A stretch of DNA of 64,000 nt from Oopsacas minuta (lineage: Eukaryota > Animalia > Porifera). The stretch is from the NCBI GenBank assembly GCA_024704765.1, contig JAKMXF010000006.1, positions 62,001 through 126,000 of the forward strand, written 5' to 3'. Positions within the stretch are counted from its first letter, which is position 1; every line of letters starts with the position of its first letter. The notes below the pieces were generated by a model. The model worked only from the letters and a program-made list of their open reading frames with translations, was not told the DNA's origin and made no database searches. This document shows positions 38,331-51,900 of this stretch, piece by piece. A program made the position numbers and the translations under genes.

Positions 38331-41300
38331 TTAGAGGGATAAACAACTTAAGTAAAACAACTTCCAAACAATGATCAGAGCTTGAGTAAATAAGCTCAGT
38401 TTGACACACAACATTTCTTTTCAATATAAATATACACTGCAACACCACTTCCCATTCGGTTGGAGTGCTTTCAACCTTGGTTCTAGTCGGGAATTAAATA
38501 GAATGCTATTATAACTAATGTGAGACTCACGACAAATCAGGGCCGTAGCCATGAAAATAAAAGTAGTCCGGTTTAATACAGCACAAACAAGACAAAGTAG
38601 ACAGGTTAACTTGTACAATTGAACCAGTTGGTGAATTATTGGAAAATTTGGTAGCAAAATCAGTCTGGTTGAAATGTGACAAACCGGACCGATGGCTACG
38701 GCCCTGATATATAATATAAAAGTGTGACTCTAGCCAGGGCTATAAATCTAAGTCAATAATATTTGTAATTATTCTTCCAGAGGTGGGTTAAACTCCAGAA
38801 GGATCTAAATCGATCTCGGATAGTACTTACTTGTTGAGATCAGGTCAATAGTAAGTCGGAATATAATCATACGTATGTTGCAAAGAAATACAAGAAAAAG
38901 CTTGTAAACTAAGAGCTTACTACATTCCTATGCTCGGGACTGGTTGAATACCGTTAATAACAATTAGATGAAATCCGACCATAACCTGACCAACCTGACT
39001 GAGTGGTTGGGTTAAGCTAAAAAACCTGACCGAGTGGTGCCATATTGGGGAAATTCAGTAACCAAAAGTGGTCAGGTTGAAACCTGACCAATGGCTAAGG
39101 CCCTGTCAGTGCGTAATAATTGATATGCTTGTATACAGATTCATGTACAAAACTCACAAATCCACTAAATAATCAACTAAAATAGGCTCTTCATTTACCA
39201 CGTTCCACTGGCAGCTGGTTCAGATGATAAGTACCCTCAAAGTACCACATGTCGTGATGTCATTGATTGCACCAAATTGCTAACATATAGCGAGATTGTT
39301 TTGTTATCAATATTCTATAAAACACATTAAAAGTAGTAATTAATTTAAGAATATTCGAATTCTACCTATCCAGCTTTGTCAGGATACTAGGAATTTCCTT
39401 TAATGCTGAAATAAGTGAATCCTCGTTATGCGAACTTGTAAAATCACTGTGAAGATCTAGCCATCAAGGATTGCACCCCCTCATCCTTTGACAGGGCAGT
39501 CGCATTGTCACTAATTCAGAGATAGAAACAGGAGTAAAGTTTGTAAACATAATGGTTGATATACCAAACTTACTGCTCGGGTAATATACTCATACTTAGT
39601 TACAACCATTGGCGGGACTCTCAACCTGGGGAATTGGAGTCTATTATTACAACACAAAATCTAGATTGATTACATAAATTACTAAATTATCGCTTAAATT
39701 CATAGACTTCTTAGCTCTTAAGAGTGAGTAAGGACTCGACTGTACAACTCAGGTCCATTGTTATCTCTAAAACTATTCACTATTTTGGCATAAAATGTAT
39801 TATTGTTGAATAGGAATTTGTAGCATGTTTAGTCAGTCATCATCCACATAGGGATGTCTATTAGTTGCAAACTATTTCCAAGTCGAAAGGACGTAATCTG
39901 ATTGCTTACTTAGCAAATATGTTAACAAAATGCTCCGATTTACAACATCTCATTTGTAAGAAAAAAGGACAAACTACAATTATAATGAATTATGACTCAA
40001 TATATTATTTTGTCTATAAATTGGTTGATACTGTACAATATTTGCCCACTTACTAACCAACCTACCATTACGTATATGTAATACAGAATGTGCTATCTGG
40101 CAATGTAGGATAGTTTACTATACTGAAGTATTATAAAATAGTAGGTTCTAAGTGCATATATATGTGTGTGAGTGCTCATTTATGTAATTGGAAATTATAA
40201 TTAGTGAGTGAATAATGTTAAGAGGAGTTCTTGTATACCTTTTGATCGTTGTATTACTCGAAAAGACTGAAACTCAGACAGGTTTGTTAGAGCAACTTTC
40301 TAAACTTAATATGAAAGGTTGAACAATTGTGAAATTGTTCAGATATATTTGCTATTCAATGACAAATTATGGGATGATGTCTTTTAGTTCATGGACTGTT
40401 CGCGATGAGGCGATTGGTGGCTAGGGCAGGAACCAATAATTCACCAAGGATTATCCGAAACAGTGCCATGGTCATACGTTGGATATTTAGTGATTCAATA
40501 GAGTCTCAAATACGAACCCTATTAAGTTTAGTGGTATCATCTCATCTCAATTCTTCCTTCATTATACTCAACAGGGATTCTATCATTGTTAGTACCGAAT
40601 TTCGCATTTACAAGTTTCTCATTTGTAATTTATTGTGTTTTATGAATATAAAGTAAACAAATAATTAAATGTCAAAATATCCTTAGAGACTTGCTCTCTA
40701 CAGAGCGGGCAACATTGCCCATCCCGTTACGTAGCCTGACGTCAAGTTACGTAACTAAACTTCCAATCAGGCATATCGCCAAGGGAGGCTAGGGAGCTGA
40801 GACCCATGGAGAATTTTGAGCCTTCTTGTGAATTAGTTAACTTTACCTTTTCCTAATGATCATATTAGTAGTCTAAGGCCGATGACAGAAGTTCAGTTTC
40901 TCATAACTGAAGGACTTGAATTCTTCTAAGTAATTACTTCTAATTCCTCGTAAAAAGTTGTGCACGGTTCAATTTTGATTTAAAACTTAGGGCTTAGTTT
41001 GGCTAGCATGGCACCTTGACGGTGATCCGATAGATTTCTATAATCTTGTTTGAGTTATTCAATTCGACCTGTTGGTGTTGATTAATTGGTTCAACTTTTT
41101 GTTGATTTCTTCAAATATGCTCCCAGGATCCAGAACCAGATAATTCTCATGTGTATTGTAATTTCCAAGGCAATCCTGATGCCATCCACGGTGCAGTTTT
41201 TACGCTCGCTTCGCTAGTAACTGTAATATATAGGCTAGAGCCAGTGGCGTCGTGTGACTTTGAATTCTGGGTGGGGGTCAATTCAATTATGCAACAAGTT

Positions 41301-41730
41301 CTGGATGAGGGTCTATGTGCGGTGTGAACAATCAATAAGGTACAGAACCGAAACCCATTGCAAGAAATAACGTTTGATTGTCAATTAACCAAGAAAGTTG
41401 ACTTTTTCTAGCCCCTTGGAGTAATGATGTGGCAAGTAAGGAGAATATTTGGAGAGTCCCGGGGCCCCCATGCACATATAGCACAATACCTCTGATTTCG
41501 AGTAATGCTGAAATAATTTATCAACCTATAAGGTTTGAATATATATACTGTCGTGACAAGTTCCAGAAATATTCCTCTCTTGACTTTCGATATGCACCTC
41601 TACTTTTACCAAAAATTCTATACCTACCAAGCGTATATACTTGAATCGGGTGGCTCAAACATAAAATTGTTTTTCCCTTGTGTTACAGCCAAGATTATAT
41701 TTAAATACCTGGCCACTATACTAAAGTATA

Positions 41731-42390
41731 GTTGACACAGTAAAAAGTATCAACAGCATTAAATATGTCTTCGCCTGTGGTTGTGGTTGTTAGATTTACT
41801 GAGAAGAAAAGATCATTTCGAAGTATGTATTTAGTAGTATATCGAGCGTATACAAGAGAAGTACTTCAGAAGTGATTGTGGTGCTCTCATCTAACTGAAT
41901 TGAGAAGTTATCAGACGCTCGAATTTCATTTAATAATTGTTAGCTATGCCGTCGATTCTTCTCTTTACTGTATCCGCTCATAATAGTATCACTTGTATCT
42001 TCTTGGCTGCTTCATCGCCTTGGAGTATGGATACCATTTCGATACAACAAGGCTCTATCCGCTCTTCCCCAATATTATGGGGTTTTTAGTCTTGGTAATA
42101 TTGAAACTGACATGATAGGAATCCTTGGTAGCTAGTTCGAGATCTTTATTTGTCATACTAAAAGAATCCTTAATTGTAGGCTGTCTGTTTGATACATACA
42201 GTAACCTTTTCCGCTCAAAAACTTGAATCTCCAGGTTCAATGTACTTGGGTGTTTTGTTTGTTGGTGACGTTTGAGTTTGGATGGTTTCATCGCATCATT
42301 AGCAAGTATATTACCCCAGATTACACATTCTGGTTTCGAAACATCAACTCTTGATTCAATAAAACCAAATTTGATATATGTTGGATACTG
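41731..42390 (-). mobile_element. hAT (Buster/Charlie/ZBED5-like) transposase remnant
   Basis: YIKFGF..PECVI.GNILANDAMKPSKLKRHQQTKH..FERK; downstream frames DTVKRRI and FSIQLDEST..TTTGEDIF; frameshifts and stops. Confidence 0.85.
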
Positions 42391-42473
42391 TTCACCCATT
42401 TACTATTCCGACTACTCTCCTGGTTATTGTTCTGTCCATGAACATGTTTACATTTCATGTGCTCCCTATATTG
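42386..42473 (+). pseudogene. Truncated 3' end of a duplicated SRCR exon
   Basis: Near-copy of 42815-42902 (YYSDYSPGYCSVHEHVYISCAPYI) with its own GTGAGT donor; the 5' part is replaced by hAT sequence. Confidence 0.8.
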
Positions 42474-42584
42474 GTGAGTTCATTACCTTCCTTTCCCTTC
42501 TTCTTTTTCCTTTCTACCCTACCTTATCTATATTCACCATTTACTTACCTTTACCTACTGCAAATCATTTGTTTTTCTTTGCAG

Positions 42585-42902
42585 AGAGCGGTACAGTGCG
42601 ACTAACTGAAGGCGACAATGGCCTGGTTGAGGTTTATCTCAACGGTGGCTGGGGCTTTATCTGTGACGATGGATGGGATGGGACTGATGCTGATGTAACC
42701 TGTCAGATATTAGGCTATCATTCAGCTACACAAAGTGATGTTGGACGCTATCATCCAGACACTGACTACAATCTACTCTACCTGAACTGTGTTGGTAGTG
42801 AGACTAGTCTACTCGACTGTACACCCAGTTACTATTCCGACTACTCTCCTAGTTATTGCTCTGCTCATGAACATGTTTACATTTCATGTGCTCCCTATAT
42901 TG
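42585..42902 (+). CDS. Exon: SRCR domain 1
   Basis: VRL..G.VEVY.NGGWG.ICDDGWD..DA.V.CQ.LG...L.C.GSE.SL.DC; TTTGCAG acceptor and GTGAGT donor. Confidence 0.85.
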
Positions 42903-45900
42903 GTGAGTTTCATTTCCTTCTCTTACCTTTTTCATTTTTCTTTTCCCTTATCCTATCTGTATATACGGGATTTAATATGAAAAAAAAATGTTTTTCCGCT
43001 TGAGGCCATCTCAATTTAATTACAGTATATTAATGGAAGCTGGCAATTAGTGTATTCCTGATACGGTGGTCCGGCCGGACTAAATATCTTGTGACAGTGC
43101 ATACAGGCTACAGCATACAGTCTATAGTCTATACTCTATACACTTGTAACACATATACAAGTAGTTCATAAAGTGCATATATGTTCCGCGGCAAGTAGGA
43201 GTGTGAGCAAAGTAGGAATTAAATGCATTCTGAATTTTTACCGGTTGTATTTCCAACATATTTGGAAAAATGATAATTATGAATCAAATGGGGAGCGCTT
43301 CAATAGTTCGAATTTGTATGTCGTCATTTGTTCGACAAGTCTTTCCCATGTTGTAATTTGTTCGGCAAGTATTTTTGATGGTACCATTTGTACATCTTTG
43401 CCCTGAGCGTTGGCCGGAAGTTTCATTGACCCCTACTTGTTGCTATGTGTGTTTATAACTCACTAAGAGGGTGATTGAATGGGAATTTTCTTTGACTATC
43501 TAACTAGATTGCATTTGTAGATTATATGTGCATTTCTATCTCAATATTTGAATAACAGTTGTGGATTTTCATGGTATTATTGTTGGATCTTGGCCTTGAG
43601 AGTGGGTCGTAATATCTCCTCTGTTCCGCAATTCATAAGTCGTCTCGAGTACCAAAAGAAAGAGTTTAATTGCACAATTGCTACCAAGTGACAAATGGAC
43701 TCAAACATAGTTCCGCTACCCGAAACACATAAATGCAATCTAGTTAGATGCGGTACATCACTTCAAAAAGTGGTAACGTACATCGAAGCTGGCCTTGTAT
43801 AGCCGATCTCGATCACCATCCAGTAATTTATCAATCGACGATCCCTTCTAAATTCTCCTCATCAAAGGATATCGATCCTGATCATACAATTTCTGATAGA
43901 CAGTATAATCCGGTTCTTCCATTAGTTCCTAACTCAGAAACAAGAAGGAATCATAGCTATGCTTTATGCGTACACACGCACGATTAACCGAATTCTGTCG
44001 GAAAATGTGGAATTTTATGACGTCAAAAAGATGATAAAATCTCGATTTGGGTGCGGGAATTAGTTAAAACGAAGTGGTAAATTTTAGTGCCCCTTTTCGT
44101 TAAGAAAGTAACACTTCGATCGTAATTGGTTAAGAATCTATATATAAATTCTCACAAGTTAATTAACCCGCCGACTAGATGTACAAGTCCGGAAACGGTT
44201 ACAAAACGAGACTCCGCTTATGTAACCGAACAGGTTGGGCATCCGCAGGGTGACCATATGTCCTGTTATTGCTACATGTCTAAGTTCTCTTTCGTCCTAT
44301 ATTCAGAATTCAAACCGAGACTAGCACTCATAAATCGTATGTTTTTCTCGCTTTAGACTCTAGAATCTGCTTATAAGTATATACGCACTATTATTTGCAA
44401 TGAATTTCTGACATTTCTGAGCGTCAAAATGTTTTCTATGACCGTTGATTCATATTTTAATGTAAATTTTAATGAAATTTTGCCCAATTTGGTCTGGCAA
44501 GAAATATTTGATCCTGCCGGACCAAATATTTTAAACTTCCGGGATAGTTTCGGTTCTACCTGACCATATACATCAGTATATTTTGTCATGCCGCTGCCTG
44601 GCTGAATATTCCCCATCTAATGATACATTGTTCCCTTAATCATTTAGGGGAAGATGTTCTGGGAATATTATCCATGTCCACTAGGGATTTGTGGTCCCCG
44701 AACATTATACAATAGGGAAGATGCTTCTAAGAGCTATCAAAATGTGAATCTGCATGCAAAATATGTAAATCTAAGCGGATTACGTCATTACACAAGAGGA
44801 ATTGGTACAAATTTAACGAGTTCCAACATCAAAGTATAACACGTATCATAAATGCTATAGACTCTGATCTCCTATGGCATATATAGAAAGTGATTTAACT
44901 AGTGCGAACAAACAGTTCCCAACATCAGATTCCTTAGAGAGAACATTACAAGACTGGCAAAATTCAGAATATTTTCGTAATAATTTTATCACTAAATAAT
45001 TGTAATATATCAAATATCTGATTTGTCCGCGAATATAAAATGCAACACAGCCAACATTACGTCATAATTCCAATATATGTAATATATAATTTGTTTCAAA
45101 TACTCTTTAGGATTTCGTTGGTTGAGCGTAAGTTATATATTCAGTGAGTATCAAGGTTGCCAACCTTAAGTCGTTCGTTACCGTTTCAAAATTCGATATA
45201 GTTACAGGTTACCCCCTAGATATATTAGCTTCCGCAGTCACTGAAAACAGGATCTGTGTATCTTGATAGAATTTTTTGTAGAACTTTGATCAAATTTTCT
45301 TATGTCGAACTTTGATCGAATGATGAAAAAGGCAAATTTTGATCAAAGTTCTACTAAAATGTCTCCAGTCGAATTTTGATCGAAATGAGAACTTTCATCG
45401 AAAATGGATAAAATACAACAAAAAATCCAACGATACGCCATTTTACAAAGATTAATAATAATCAATCCAAAGAACTCCATCCAATCATAAAATTAGCATA
45501 GATTCCACACTCCCGTCCTTTAGTAGCTAATAACCAACACAAATAAATACTCCCAGAGCCATAAGGTAGCGAAGTAAATCCCTAATCCCCTCCCAATGGT
45601 ACTCTTTCTAACTAATAAAATATAAAGGGAGTGTGAGATTTATGCTAATTTTATGATTGGATGAAGTTTTGTTGGATTGATTATTATTAATCTTTGTAAA
45701 ATGGCGTATCGTTGGATTTTTTTGTTGTATTTTCTCCATTTTCGATGAAAGTTCTCATTTTCGATCAAAATTCTACAACTTTTCGATCAAAGTTCGACTG
45801 GAGACATTTTGGTAGAACTTTGATCAAAATTTGCCTTTTTCATCACTCGATCAAAGTTCGACATAAGAAAATTTGATCAAAGTTCTACAAAAATTCTATT

Positions 45901-48900
45901 AAAATATACAGATGCTGAAAACAGCAGTGGCATTTTGTTATTACAGTCTGTTATTATAGCACCTTCATATGGTTGTGATGCTATAACAAATGGTGGCACT
46001 TGTTTCAGTTACTTTACTACAAGTAGTGGAGTTAGCTGGGAAAATGCTAGACAACGATGTAACTCATGGGGTTATGATCTAGCTACAGTGACAAGTTCAC
46101 AAGAGAATTCTCTACTGTATAATACAAGATCTAGCTCAAGCTCAGCTGATTGTTGGATTGGACTTCATGATTTACACAGTGAAGGATCATATGTTTGGTC
46201 TGGTGGTAGCTATAGTTCGTATAGAAATTGGAATGATGGTGAACCTAATAATTTATACGATGAAGATTGTGTGCACTTCTTTGATAGTATATATTGGAAT
46301 GATCTCCTCTGTACTCTCACACTTAACTGTTACTTTTGTAGTGCTAATGGTAAGAACACAATATAGATAGTTACGTAACTTAGCGGTTATGTCTGTAATG
46401 CCAATTCCGAATATAATATTTTCAACAACAATGCGATACTTTGTTGGTTTTCTTGTGTGAATGGAATAAGTACTCAAATTTCTGATTTCCTAGGCAAAGG
46501 TGGGCACAGTAAATTTAACTCAGATGTTCGTTAATATGGAAGTGATAGTTAAAGCGTTAACGTTAACATATATTATATAAATGTAGCGGGGTTCAAATAG
46601 GACTTAACTGAAATAGACGATTGTTAGTTAGTAATAATAATATCCGAGGTTACCTAGTACAAGATTTGTAATATATCTAACTACCAATATCATTGTGGGA
46701 ATCCGATGAATCTACAATTACAGGTATAATCAAAGAGTTACTATAAATACTAATTAATGTGATACTGTCATCAGGGCCCAGCAGAGTAGCGATATTACAA
46801 GATTATTATCTATAGACTAAATCACTGTAAGCTACTAAGTTGAATCCGCTATACAAACAACAAAAATGCTGTCTTTTTTTGCTCTAAAACACCTATAAAA
46901 TGAGGATTTGTTGGTTATTTTAGATATGTCTGCTCGCACAACTTTGATATGGAATATTTATTATTTACTGAATAATACGGGATAAGAGATTGTTAAAAGG
47001 AAAGCAAACTTGAATTAACATATTGAAATAAGTCTGATATTAAATTGAAACTGAAAGTTTTAATGAAAATTCGAATCCGGTAATTAACGGATGAACGGTT
47101 TAGTGTCCAGCTTTTGATCCTATGTATTTTAAAGGTGGAGGCACGTTTGTGGACACGATGTGTAAGCAACCGTTGTAGTGTTAGCAAATTGCACTTTTGC
47201 ACTGTGTATATAATATGAGATGTATAGTATTATTTAAATGATTGTTCTTGTGTGTTTTAGTGAACCAATTTGGGCGAATCCAATATTCAAGAAACTACCT
47301 ACCATTACTTGACGATACAGTTCTAACATCAGACACTACTCTATTCTGTATTACAGAGAATAAGTACACTCCACAAGTTGTATGGAGTTATCAGGATCTA
47401 GCTAAGAGTACTACATCTACTCTCACAAGTTATACATCTAGTACTACAGGTGTTAGTTCTCTACGAGTATACATCAGTAGACCAGGATACTATTCTTGTA
47501 GAGTTAAGGTGAATGGAGGGAGTTATAAAACTTATACTGCTCTTATAGCTGATGATCTATCCACAGGTATTTCGAATATTCATAATCTTTTAAGAATCTT
47601 GTGCATATATGTCTTTCAAAATGAAGCTGAGTCGTTTCAATGACCAGCAGGTTCAAGGGTGGCACCAGATCCACTGAGAGGGGGAGCGGGACAAATTCGA
47701 GGGGCCCTTTAAGAACTTGTAATAGGCTGACTAGCAAACCTAAATGGAATTCACAAACTTTCATAGTCTATTGCCACAATTAGTGTAAAATTGTGTATCA
47801 TGACCACACTTGAGCCTGCATTAGGGCTAAGTTTGGTCATGGTTATTGGTTAAGTTTGCTCAAAGTGGTGACAGAATATCAACTTGTGCATAGATTGCTG
47901 TAATATCTCTCTGTCACCAAATTATGGGTAAGTTTGATGATAAGACATCAAGTTGAGAAACCCTCTTATTATATAATATATCGAGATGTATTTGACTTGG
48001 TTAATCTATATGTTTTGACGGTTGTATCAACAAAATTGCAAAGATGTCAACTCTCACTGCAAATTCGTGAGTCCGACAGATTTTAATGGCTCTAAATCTA
48101 AAGGGTATAATTCCTATAATCTATGCTAGCCTAGATTATATTCGGGTTAAACTGGGTCTGGAGGTAATTCTAGGCTGTTACACCGACACTTTTTGGAATG
48201 GTAACTAATGATCCTATACAAATTTAGCCTCACGTCCGACATATATGTCGTTCAAGGCTTCTGGATTACCACTATTACGTGCACGTCCAGATCTCAGAGG
48301 CTCCACTGTATGAGATATTGCATCATATACTCTCCTATTGACATGCAGTAAAAAAAGAAATTGAGATTCGTGGTCAAGTAGAAGACTTCAGTCGCTACAA
48401 ATTCGGTCGTCCCAGTTCCCAAATTTTAACTCAGCTGCCTTGAGTGGCACGTACCGACAAAAAATGGCCCTGGTTGAGCATATCATGTTTTTGTTTTGTA
48501 TTTGCATCAATCAATTGTTATAAAGCAACACTTACACATGCACATGCATATACATATATTTTCTACTAGCTGATGGTACTCTTCGTCTGTACGATGGATC
48601 CACAGAAAATGAAGGTATACTAGAAATCTTTCACGATAATCGCTGGGGTTCTATTTGTGATCACAGTTGGGACTCAAGAGATAGCAAAGTTGCTTGTAAA
48701 CAGATGGGTTTTCCAGGATATAATACGTATTATACTTCATGGAGAATAACAAACATCTACTGGCTGGATCATATTAGATGTAGTGGAAATGAAGCATCTA
48801 TAGCTGATTGTTCTCATTATGGATGGAGAGATGGTCATTGTTCAAGTAATGAAGGTGTTTATCTTAAATGCTATCCTGCAGGTATGTTCAGACAAATAGA

Positions 48901-51900
48901 CAACAAATATGGATTCGTATATATCAATTCGATAACCAGAATATAGAATAATGAAATTAGCAAATATCATTTGGTAAAGCAATATTTGAATATAAATATT
49001 CTCAGTTACTTACTGTTTCCAAATAATTCTCGATTCAATCTATAATATTCATTATTTATACCTACTTTAGTAACCTTCGGAAGAATGGTCGGTGAAGCGG
49101 TAGATCCATTAGACAATTTCCAAACTCTACAACAAAGTACTACACTCTATTGTTCGACAGATGTCAACACCAACACAGTAAGAATAGGATGGAGCTTCAC
49201 AGCATTCGGACAAGAAATAGAAGAGTCGTTGACTTATTCAGCTGAATGGGAATTAGCTTATGGTATGAGCAAGTTGGATATCAGTACATCAAAGTTAGGA
49301 TACTACTCTTGTTATACAAGTAAAGGGGATGTTTCAAAGAAATATACTATTAAGCTAACTCAACCATCTTTGGAAAAAGGTAATGTAACATTATTTCTGG
49401 TAATAAATGAATATGGTTACTACAGTATATATCGATTATACATATTATAACATTCTAGGTTGTCAAGGAGGATACTGTTTCGGAGTATTCAGAACAGATA
49501 CAGCAATCAATTGGGCTACTGCTCAATCAAACTGTATGTCATGGGGAGGAGATCTAGCTTCCGTCCGGTCCATAGGAGAAGAGAAATACATTCTGAGTCT
49601 AGGAGACTCAGATTATGGATCTTGTTGGATAGGACATCATGATAGATACAATGAAGCTGGTAATAATGCTAGTCTATTCGTGTCTGTAGGAGGGAGTAAC
49701 AGTTTCTACAGGAACTTCTATACAAATGAACCTAATGAGAATGATAACGAAGATTGTGTTATGTTAAGAGATTGGAATGAAGGAGGATGGAATGTTACAT
49801 CTTGTGACAGAACACTTAGTTGTTATGTTTGTGGGAAACCAAGTATGTTACATAAATCTAGACAATAAAATGTGATCAGAAATTCCATACTCTATGTGTT
49901 TGCATACTCAGACACATTATTTGGATCTCAATGAGTGTCTGTTTACCCAGATTCAATTTCATTCACTGGGGCGTAACTAGAGATCCCAGATTGAGGAGGC
50001 AAGGATGAATATTTGCCTCAATATAATGGCGATTAACAATAGGAAGATGAGGCAACGCCCGAAGAGGCGAGGAGCCAATTGCTTCCTCTGTCTCAATTGT
50101 AGTTACGCCCTAGATTCATAATACATTTGGGTAAATAAGCCAAATACGCAATCTACATTTAGTAATTCATTTATGTATGCAATTTGTAGATTGCAAAGAT
50201 GGATCTTGCTTTGAAGTATTAACACATAATACATCAATAAACTGGTATTCAGCACTAAATCAGTGTGAACAAAAAGGAGGTTCTCTTGCTTCAATAAGAT
50301 CAGAACCTGAAGAAAAGTTCATACTAAATTTGATGACAGAATCTAGTAGTCAATGTTGGATAGGATTGAATGATCGTAACAGTGAAGCTAACACAAATCC
50401 AAACATGTTTGTTTGGGAAGATGGTAACCAAGCAGTTTATAGACATTTTAGGAATGAGACAGTAAACTCCATTACAGATTGTGTGGTATTATCTCGTGAT
50501 GATGGTACTTGGTTGAGTACTAACTGTGATGTTAATCAATCTTGCTCAATTTGTAAAGGAGCAGGTTAGTTCAAATTCATTATTAATTCAATAAATTTTA
50601 CATCAATAGAAATTTGTTATAGGTTGTGGGGAAATTACAGTGTATATTCTGAGGTTTGTAAGAATATGAGGTTATATTTCTGACATACACACATTATAGT
50701 AGTTATAGCAATCATTCCAAAACTGACCCACGATAGCAGGGGTGGGCAAAAAGGTTAGCTTTCAGGCAGCAGTGAAATTAGGAGCCGACTTGGAGGGCCA
50801 CAAAACTTGAGGATGTTTTCTATACCATGATTATATCCAGGTGAACTTGCAAGTTGTTTTCAGTTTATTACAAAAAACATTCCCATTCTAAGTCACCGAA
50901 ATACGTAGTTTTTTTATATATTGCCTCGAATTAGAAAGCCGTTATAGAAAGGTAGGGTTATATATGGAAGAATATAATATACCTCAAGTCAATGAAGGCT
51001 AAGAGTGTCAGAATAATTCTTTGGGTCGCATTCATGCCCTTTTCAAACTAACCCTGATGGCCGCATAAATTTAGCGAGCGGGCTTCATGCAGCCGCACTT
51101 TGCCCATATGTGCACTATAGTATAATCAACATGTTACTTTGGATACCATATTTGTAGATATCTGTACAACTGGATATGAATTCATCACTGAACAATACGA
51201 TTGTTTGGATATCAATGAGTGTAATGTAGCAAATGATTGTGAACAGATTTGTACCAATACAGAAGGAAATTACTTCTGTTCATGTAGAGAGAGATACTAT
51301 CTGTCTAACTTCACTTCATGCGAGCTTATCTATCTGAATATAGATCTGAATGGTATTAGTAGATCTCAAAGTTCTATTGAACTCTCTTGGAATACAATAT
51401 ATCGTCCTATTCAAAGATTGAGTGAGATTGTGTATCAGGTGTGGATGAGAGATGTTACTTTTGAAAACGACAAAATTTTTCACTTAGTAGGAACCACCAT
51501 CAGACAACAGTTCCAGATATTGAACCTACTACCTTACAGAACTAATGAAATATACATTGTAGCTATTGATAATGATACAACTAACAAATCTAATACAATT
51601 ACAGTACAGACACTAACTGGTATACCCAGTACATCTCCTTCATTGACCGCAATAAGTACAAATCCAATAACGATAAGGTTGAATCTAACTCTCCCAAGTA
51701 GAGAGACACGAAATGGAATAATAACCGGATATAGCATTATGTACACTAGAGTAGAAGAGCTCACCTACAACCATGTACAGACAAATGGCCTAGTACAGAC
51801 ATTTGACATTATTGATCTATCTCCATACTCTATGTACAAGTTTAGAGCAGCAGCCATGACATCAGCCGGTACAGGTGTTTACACAGAATATGTGTATGCC

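Noticed and set aside
42272-43003. 243-aa ORF as one protein
   Set aside because: Chance read-through of antisense hAT sequence, an exon remnant, an intron and the SRCR exon.
50623-50660. Possible extra micro-exon (GCGEITVYIL)
   Set aside because: No phase-1 donor found; exons 50564 and 51158 already join in frame.
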